Below are positions 55,814 to 64,000 of a stretch of 64,000 nucleotides of DNA, in pieces. The notes beneath the pieces are model-generated. The model saw only the letters and a program-made list of their open reading frames with translations, was not told the origin of the DNA and made no database searches. The DNA lies in the NCBI GenBank assembly GCA_964016885.1, contig OZ024741.1, forward strand, positions 367,412,001 through 367,476,000, written 5' to 3'. Source of the stretch: Eledone cirrhosa (Eukaryota). Position numbers and translations under genes: made by a program. Positions within the stretch are counted from its first letter, which is position 1; every line of letters begins with the position of its first letter.

Positions 55814-58800
55814 TATATATACATACACATACATCCAGATACACACATACATACACACACACACACACACACGCACACACGCACACAATACATACATCCA
55901 CATGCACACACATACACACACACACACATATACACATACATACACCCACACACAGAGAAATGGCCTTCAAATATATATATATATATATACATACAGACAC
56001 ATATATTTTTTCCATAATATAAGAAGTTGGGGCAGTGAAATTAAAATACAAGTCATTCTGATCACATTGAGTTCTTCATGTAGATTGGGCCCCGCAACCG
56101 ACAGTGGTGAATTCTGTGTGCGCATATATATATAGATATATGTGTGTGCACGTGCAGGGTTTAACATGGATGTGTTGGTCACACAAAGGCATGGTCTGTC
56201 AATGAATAAACCTGATTCTACAGAATTGGTCTCTGGTCTTTAATAGTAGTGATTCCGTGCGTATGTGTGTTTATATTTTATGACAATTCTATTGGGGTGA
56301 TAACCCTTTTAGTTTTGGTTTAAATTTGTTAAGGAATAGATTTTCTTTGTTTATTCTTTGTTGCTGTGTGAACGAATCTGAGCACCTGTAGAAGGGGAAG
56401 ATTTTAAAGTTGGGTAGTGTCATTCCTGCGCAGTTCGCAATATGGCTGCTCAAGGGGATTTTTCTTGTGTTAGCGTCCCGGATTTGTTGGCGGTGGATGG
56501 TCATTCTTTTGCGTAATGAGGTGCCCGTCTGTCCTATGTAGTTGTGTTTGCACCCACCGCAAGTTATTGCGTAAATCAAGTTCTCCGAGTTGCAGGTGAA
56601 ATTGTTTTTTACTGTAAATGTTTGGCCATCTTTGAATGTAAATGTTTGTCCTTCAGTGAGGTAGAGGCACGTTCCACAGTTTGTTCTACCACATTTGGTA
56701 ACTGTAGGGTTGAGGATTGGTTTGGGTATATTTGGTCCAGTGAGAATGCGTTTAAGTGATTTGGGTTGTCTTTTACTTTTAAGGATCTTGTGTGTTTCAA
56801 GAATAGACTTCATTTTTACATCTTTAAGTAGGATGGGGAGGTTTTTGTGTAGGTGATCAAACATTTCGGTATTTCTGGGGTTGAAAGTGGATACATATGG
56901 CAGGGTGTTGAGTGTGGTTTTCTGATTTGGATTGTTAAGTTGATGGGGATTTAGGTGTTTCGCCCTGTCTATTCCATTGTTGATTATTTCAAGTGGAAAG
57001 GCTCTTAAGATAAGGGTGTCTTTTAGTTCCTTTAGTCTTTGCTCCCGTTTAGGTGGATCTGATACTATGGTACATATACGTTTGGCCAAATTGTAAGGAA
57101 TGTTAAGTTTTGGTGACTTGATGTGAAAAAGAGGTATTGCTTGGAATCTGTGGGTTTATAGAATATATCTGTATCTAATTTCCCGTCTATTACAGAGATG
57201 AGAATATCCAAGAAGGCTAATTCCTTAGGATTGGATTCCATTGTGAATTGTATGTTATTATCTATGTTGTTTATCATGTTTTTAAACGTAGTAAGTGAGT
57301 TCATGTCTTCTTGCCATAGGATAAAGCAGTCGTCTAGATATCTTTTCCAATTGGCTTTGAGGTGTGTGTGGAAAGAGTCTCCAAATAAGAGAAGGGACTG
57401 ACTGTATATTTGTTGTTCATGGAATCCCATGACTAGGTTGGCATATGTGGGTGCTACTTTCGTGCCCATTGCCGTACCTGATACTTGTCTGTATGTTGAA
57501 CCATTGAATGTGAAGTAGTTATTTTGTAGGATAAAGCGGAGTCCGTCAGTGATAAAATCTGTGTTGATGCGTGTCGGTATTTCTGATGGGTGTGTGTTAA
57601 GCCAGTATTGGACTGCTGTTATTCCATAGTTGTGAGGTATGTTTGTGTAGAGGTTTATTACGTCAAAGGAGACAAGAATTGTATTTGCACTTACTGTTTT
57701 AGGGAGGTGTTTCAGCATGTCAAGGTCATCTCGTATGTAGCTCTGTATATGTTGTAGAAAGGGTTTCAGTAGGATGTCCAGAAAGTTGCTAAGTCTGTGG
57801 GTTTCACATGTAGGGCCTGCTATAATTGGCCTGAGTTTTAGGTCTTCTGGTGGTGTTAGTTCAATGTAATTGTTGGTTGAGGTGTCACATGCATCGTTTA
57901 TGGGTTTACATTTGTGAAGTTTCGGTAACCCGTAAAAAGAGCTTGTATTGCATTTGAAGTGGCTTATATAGTTAAACTCTTTTGTGGTTAAGCTGTTGCG
58001 GTATTTATTCAGTAAGGTCAAAAGGTTCCCCATTGTTTTGGTGTGTTTGTAGTTTTCTGTTTTTTCATAGTATGTGTTGTTTTCTAAAATGTTAAGTGCG
58101 AGGGTCCTATAGTAGTCCGTATTCATAATGACAACAGTACTGCCTTTATCGGCTTCTTTGATAGTTATCTCAGGGTTGTTTCTAAGTGTGAATAATTCTT
58201 CCCATTCGTGTGTAGATAGGTTTGATTTCGTGTGTTTATTTGTAATTTTTTCATAGGGAAAGTTGGTGATGTGTTCGCAGTACGTGTCCAGTGCTTTATT
58301 TCTTCCCTTTTGTGGGCAGAAATTGCTTTTATTTCTAACCAGTGATTCGTCTTCAGTGTTGGTGTCGTTGTGGAAGAATTCCGTTAGTCGCAGCTTTCGG
58401 CAGTATTCCATGATGTCATCCTTCATTTCGGGGAAGTTTGGTTTACGTGGTGTAGGTGTAAATTTCAGGCCCTTACTTAAAATGTTGATTTGTGTGTTGG
58501 TTAGAGGTGTCTTTGAGAGGTTGATTATTTTTGGTTTCTCCTGAGGGGGGGGGGGGGGGGGCATCCAGTATCCTGGTATTTCAGGCTTTTCCCTAAAAAA
58601 GGAATGTAGTTTTGTGTGTGATTATATTTTGTTGGTCTGTTGCGTGTGGGTCTGTAGCTTGTTGTTTCATGAGGGTGAATGTGATGGTGGGGGTGGTATG
58701 TGTTGTGGTTGTTGATGAGCAAGGGTTCTGTTGTTGGTTCATGTGGTCTGGGTGCGTTATTTCTGTGGTACAGAGTGTTGAGGCTGGGGGGTTTTCTTTT

Positions 58801-59610
58801 GTTGGATTGAGGGTGATGTCTGGTGTGGTTGTGGGTAAGTTCTGTTGTGATTTCAAGTGGTCTGGGTGGATTTCTTCTGAGGAATGTGGTGTGTGTGTTG
58901 TGAGTTGGATCTATGTTATTTCGTCGTTGGTTTATGTAGGGGGCATTTCTACGGAAACCTGTGTTGTGGTGGTTGGGTGTGTTTCTTTTGGTGTAGTTGG
59001 CCGTATTTGGTTTGTGTTGGTGGGGGATGTGCCTGTGGTTAGTGTGTGTTGGGTTTGGTGGTGTAAATGTATCTGTTGTAGTTCTTGTTATGTTCAAATG
59101 CTTTATAAAGGGGTTACCTGTTTGGTGCGTCCTTTTAAAGTCTTCTTCATATTTGAGGAACCAGTTTTCGGATTTTTCCCACCGTTTAAGGGAAATAGTT
59201 TCTGCATTCTCGCAGTCCTGTTTCCACGATTTGATTAAATTTTGTAGGGTTGTTCCCTCGGCCTTTTTAGTGCATTCTTCCTCCATATTTTTATCAGTAT
59301 CCTTATACTCTTGCTCGTTTGAGGTGGCCCTTAATTTTAGGAGTTCTATTTCCATGTTTATCCTGTTGAGTGACATTTGTTCACGGAGTTTTCTTTCTGG
59401 TTCAGGTTCGTTTGTAATATGCTTTATTTGGAATTTACGTGGTAAAACTATCGGTGTTGAGTTAATCCATTTTTGGTAAATTCCAGCTTTGTTGAGGTTT
59501 TTATACCCTTCATTATTTCCTTACCTTATAAAATTATGTTTTTTCACAAAAAAGTATTCTGTCTCTTATATATTCCATGTGCCATTACCAACCTCAATTT
59601 TCTCTCTCTC
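55107..59610 (-). mobile_element. Near full-length Penelope-like element (Neptune/Naiad-like linker), with inverted terminal repeat
   Basis: 55140-55248 is the reverse complement of 59500-59610; degenerate hammerhead at 55249-55292 (TTGAAAA-GATGG..CCATC-GAAA-CCGG-TC); (TA)n at both ends. Confidence 0.92.
56289..59376 (-). pseudogene. Penelope RT-GIY-YIG polyprotein in three frames (58525-59376, 57065-58564, 56289-57089)
   Basis: INLS..LSKGLKFTPTP, KEADKGS, FYGLPKLHK, RPIIAG, SFDVINLYTNI, GTAMG, RYLDDCF, CGRTNCGTC, NLIYAITCGGCKHNYIGQT; breaks at the poly-G run near 58550 and at a deletion near 57100. Confidence 0.93.
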
Positions 59611-59624
59611 TCTATATATATATA

Positions 59625-60434
59625 TATCCAAAATTAAGATAGATTAAAAGAATTCAATCAGAATCGAAATTGTGGGTGTCATTCCTTAACGGAATGCGCC
59701 ATATCGCCCGGAAAATAAGCTCTAGGACTTTGTAAGTACGAGCATTTTAATAACTAGGAATTGGTTACACGCTTGTTTAATAACTAAGAATTGGTTACAC
59801 GCTTGTAAAAATTATCTCCTGTGATTTTTCATGTTTATATTTATTTATATACATGTTGATCAATTCCTAGTTATTAAAATGCTCGTACTTACAAAGTCCT
59901 AGAGCTTATTTTCCGGGCGATATGGCGCATTCCGTTAAGGAATGACACCCACAATTTCGATTCTGATTGAATTCTTTTAATCTATCTTAATTTTGGATAT
60001 AGATATATAATACTGCTCCTTAATTGTAGAGCTAACTCTGTTGAAGGGAATTGACTGCTATTTCTAGTTGTCGAATACCTATTCACGCCACTGAAACGAA
60101 GCCGCTGTGATGTGTAATACCAACACGTGGTAGCAGCCAGTTTAAGATTTTGACTCGAAGTGTAAACATGGATCGCTTGATATTGTTCTTCCTTGTTGAT
60201 AATCCAATAATATCCACTTTCCGTGACTTACCATCTGATTAATTGGTGAAATATATTTCTTTAATGAAATATATACAGGGAAGATTAATCATTAAAAGGT
60301 ATATATTTTTGAAGTTCTAGTTAACTTTATTTATGTATTACCTACTAGCCATGCGTGGTTACACGCTTGTAAAAATTATCTCCTGTGATTTTTCATGTTT
60401 ATATTTATTTATATACATGTTGATCAATTCCTAG

Positions 60435-60436
<2 letters not shown>
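59625..60436. mobile_element. Non-coding element with ~565-nt tandem period and inverted duplication (related to 7697-8535)
   Basis: 59625-59760 is the reverse complement of 59865-60000; 59791-59871 is repeated at 60356-60436; flanked by (TA)n. Confidence 0.72.
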
Positions 60437-60489
<53 letters not shown>

Positions 60490-60493
<4 letters not shown>

Positions 60494-62195
60494 CATGGGC
60501 GAGATACTGCAGAAACAATAGTGCTCTGTTTTCAGCAATCCTGATATGCCCAATCTGGGCCGTATCAGTGATGTTAATCCCCAACACACTATATCGGACA
60601 TAACGTTTGGTGCCCCTGATGTCTTAGCGGCAATAAACGAAATTAAACACAATTCAGCAGTAGGCCCCAACAGGTTCCCTGCTTGTGTCCTGAAGGTGTG
60701 TCGACACCAACTTGCATTTGCTCTTGCTAATCTGTGGAGGAACTCACTGGATACTGGCTATATTCCTGAAAACTTTCTGTCCCAGTCCGTTGTCCCAGTC
60801 TTCAAAAACGAAAATAAGTCCCTTGCAGTGAACTACCGTCCGATCTCACTCACCTCTCATATTATCAAGGTATTTGAGAGGGTGGTGAGATCACGAATAA
60901 CCCACTTTCTTGAAAGTAACAGCCTGCTGAACTCCAACCAACATGGGTTCCGTAATGGAAAGAACTGCCTAACGCAGCTCCTGCATCACTTTGACGATGT
61001 TTTGAGAGCCTTGGGAGAGGGCTCCAACACTGATGTCATCTACCTTGATTTCAGCAAGGCCTTTGACAGGGTTGATCATAAGAGTCTACTGAAAAAACTA
61101 TCCAATATTGGTGTCTCTGGAAAGTTACTACAGTGGATCACATGTTTCCTGACAGACAGAGCCCAGCATGTTGTAGTGGAAGGAGTAAAATCAAGCTCTG
61201 CCCAAGTCAGCAGTGGCGTCCCACAAGGCATTGTGTTGGGCCCACTTCTTTTCATCATCTACATTAATGACATTACTGACATCATCAAGCACAGCAGCAT
61301 AAGAATCTTCGCAGATGAGGTAGGTGACCGGACTTGCCTTCAGTCAAACCTACTGGCTGTTATCCAATGGGCAGAAAGAATAATATGCTGTTGAATGAGG
61401 ATAAGTTTGAATTAATCCACTTTGGAAAAAAGTATGCCCTGAAATTACCATACTCTCTTCCTTCAGGTGAAACTCTAGTGGCATCCAACAACATCAGAGA
61501 CCTGCGAGTAATTGTGGACAACAACATAAGCTGGGCAAAGTTGACATGGCCCGCAGAATGTGTTCCTGGATTCTCAGAACCTTCCAGTCGAGAGATATCC
61601 ACACTGTTATCCTTCTCTTTTCCACTTTTGCCCGACCCCACCTTGAATACTGTTGTCCACTGTGGTCTCCCCACACGAAACAAAGTATCATGAAAGGGGA
61701 AGCACCCCAAAGATCGATTACAAAAAAGAGAGATGGCATGATAGGCCTTGACTATTGGAGTCGATTATAAAAGCTCAACCTTTATTCTCTCCAACGTCGA
61801 CTTGAGCGCTACATTATCTGCATGATGTTGGCATCGCCTTTAATGTACACCCAAGGCTTGGGCCCCGTGCTATCTGCCCACGACAAAAATCTCACTCGCA
61901 TCTCATAACAACAATACGGCACAATTATTTCACCTCAATTGGCCCTGCTCTCTTTAACATCACACCAAAACACATCAAAACAGAAACAGACTCCATCAAG
62001 TTCAAGAAGTCTTTGGACAAATTCCTTCAAGAAATCCTGGATAACCCTCCTACATCCGGTTATGCCTCCGTAAACAATAACTCTCCGCTCGAGTGGGTCA
62101 TGATGCCCAAACCCTGATTTGTAAGACTTTGTCAGGTGGTGGTATTAAGTTAGACATGGCCTGGGCCAATACTGGCCGAAACCTATCAAAGTTAT
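60490..62195 (+). mobile_element. CR1-group LINE, 5'-truncated and decayed
   Basis: NYRPISLTSHIIKVFE, QHGFR, YLDFSKAFDRVDH, SGVPQGIVLGPLLFIIYIND, IFAD, RPHLEYCCPLWSP. Confidence 0.92.
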
Positions 62196-62196
62196 G

Positions 62197-62240
<44 letters not shown>

Positions 62241-62564
62241 AAATATACAATATATTAACAAATAGAAACTATATTTATAAAACCATATTTATTTCATTAT
62301 ACATATTTCAAGGGCCACCAAAGCAAACTATGGTGCGCTTTCATCAGATAAAATATAATATAGGTTAGTTTTATAAATATTGACTATCCAGGAGATTCCA
62401 ACCAGAATGGTTGCATTTTTTAAGGGTATGTCAATATTTATAAAACTAACCTATATTATATTTTATGTGATGAAAGCGCACCATAGTTTGCTTTGGTGGC
62501 CCTTGAAATAAGTATAATGAAATAAATATGGTTTTATAAAAGTACAGTTTCCATTTGTTAATAT

Positions 62565-62570
<6 letters not shown>
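62241..62570. mobile_element. Palindromic hammerhead cassette (type R)
   Basis: Minus 62292-62352: TTTAT-CTGATGA-AAGCGCACCA..TGGTGGCCCTT-GAAA-TATGTA-TA-ATGAAA; plus copy 62461-62522 has the mutated core GTGATGA. Confidence 0.8.
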
Positions 62571-62658
<88 letters not shown>

Positions 62659-62662
<4 letters not shown>

Positions 62663-63170
62663 TACTTTGGGAGGGTCATGTTGCCAATAAGAAACACACG
62701 CACCAGTTGCTTTCACTTCAATTTATTATAATAAATTTATAATAAATTTATAAATTTATAAATTTCTGGTTGGTTGGTTCCACAACCAGATAGTTGTTTA
62801 TATATTGTCATAGTTCTTTCGTCACACATTCTGTGACCTCTTCAGTGACTGGGGATTCCTTTCTTTGTTTCTGTGCCTCTCCTTTGTTCTGTCCTACGCG
62901 ATTTTGTTTCTGTGTGTGTGTTGTGTGCTCAGTCTGCGCATGCGCCACATCCGGGTGTCTGTGTGTGTTTATGTTCATTTATTTATTTGTTTATTTACAT
63001 GTTACTGGTTGGTTGTTTGTTCTATGTGTGTGTGTGTTTTCATTTTGTCCTTAATTGTAAGTTGTGATGTTGCTGTTCCACTCATATTTTCTATTTAATT
63101 TTGGTTGTAATTCTTTTATGTTTATTGCCTCTGTAATTTGTCTAAACATTGTGTCTTTTCTGTGTGTAGA
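62659..63170 (-). mobile_element. Penelope-like 3' end, second type-O copy
   Basis: Reverse complement of 53140-53641; hammerhead at 62807-62849 reading GAAA-GAAC-TA-TGAC. Confidence 0.8.
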
Positions 63171-63470
63171 TTCTATGTCTATGTATGAGTATGTATGTGT
63201 GTGTATGTATGTGTGTGTGTGTGTGTGTATGTATGTATATCTGTATGTATATGTGTGTATATATATGTATGTATGTGTATGTCTGAATGTATATAAGTAT
63301 GTATGTGTATGTATATGTGCGTGTATGTATATATATGCTTGTGTATATATATGTGTGTGTGTATATATGTGTATATATGTGTGTATATATATATATGTAT
63401 GTGTGTATATATGTGTATATATATATATGTATATGTTTATATATGTGTGTGTGTGTGTGTTGTATGTGTA

Positions 63471-63506
<36 letters not shown>

Positions 63507-64000
63507 CTTGATATATTTCTTTTTTCTTTTTTCTTTTTCTTTTCTTTTCTTTTTATTTCTAAGTTTATAGATACATCTATAAATAAGCAGTCTGCCGAAA
63601 CCGTTGAATACTGACCTCTCCCCCCCTCCCACCTAATTTCTGTATCTTGATCTAAATGTGTGTGGCAGTGTTTATGTGCGTGCATTAATGTCCATGTGCT
63701 TATGATAATACTATATCCACATATATATGTGTGTGGGGGTGTATGTGTGTATGTATGTTCGTAATTATGTGTATGTTTATGCATATACGCGCATGTGTGT
63801 GTGAGTGTACGGATATGTGTGACTATGTGAATATGTGTATACATTTATTTCATATTTATGTGTCTATACGCATTTTATCTGTGGATTATAAACTTACAGA
63901 GACATTAGCCTTGAATTTTTGTATTTGCATACATCTTTTTGGCATGCGTATGCATGTGAGCATATATCTTTGTATAAATATGTGTACGAAGTTAATTACA

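Noticed and set aside
56100-59376. Selenocysteine recoding or SECIS in the Penelope element
   Set aside because: The ORF breaks are frameshifts, not in-frame TGA at cysteine positions, and no SECIS was evident by eye.

Overview
AT-rich eukaryotic DNA made almost entirely of repeats, with dense (TA)n, (CA)n, (TACA)n, (TTA)n and (GA)n tracts and one 200-N gap. The SINE and LINE repertoire suggests an invertebrate, probably a cephalopod such as octopus (inference). I found no host protein-coding gene, and most short ORFs are microsatellite read-through. Recognisable elements: one near-full-length decayed L1/Tx1-type LINE, RTE, CR1 and R4/Dong-type (RLE) LINE fragments, two tRNA-derived SINE families, a short RTE-tailed family, a Helitron 3' end, and several Penelope-like elements (RT + GIY-YIG). 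The main unexplained signal is about 30 type I hammerhead ribozyme motifs (CTGANGA...GAAA-palindrome-TH) of about 18 sequence types. Most lie in small non-coding, outward-facing inverted-repeat cassettes embedded in (TA)n tracts. One 2.3-2.5 kb non-coding hammerhead family also carries a duplicated, conserved, unassigned structured motif. All RNA structures were read by eye and coordinates counted by hand (+/- a few nt).
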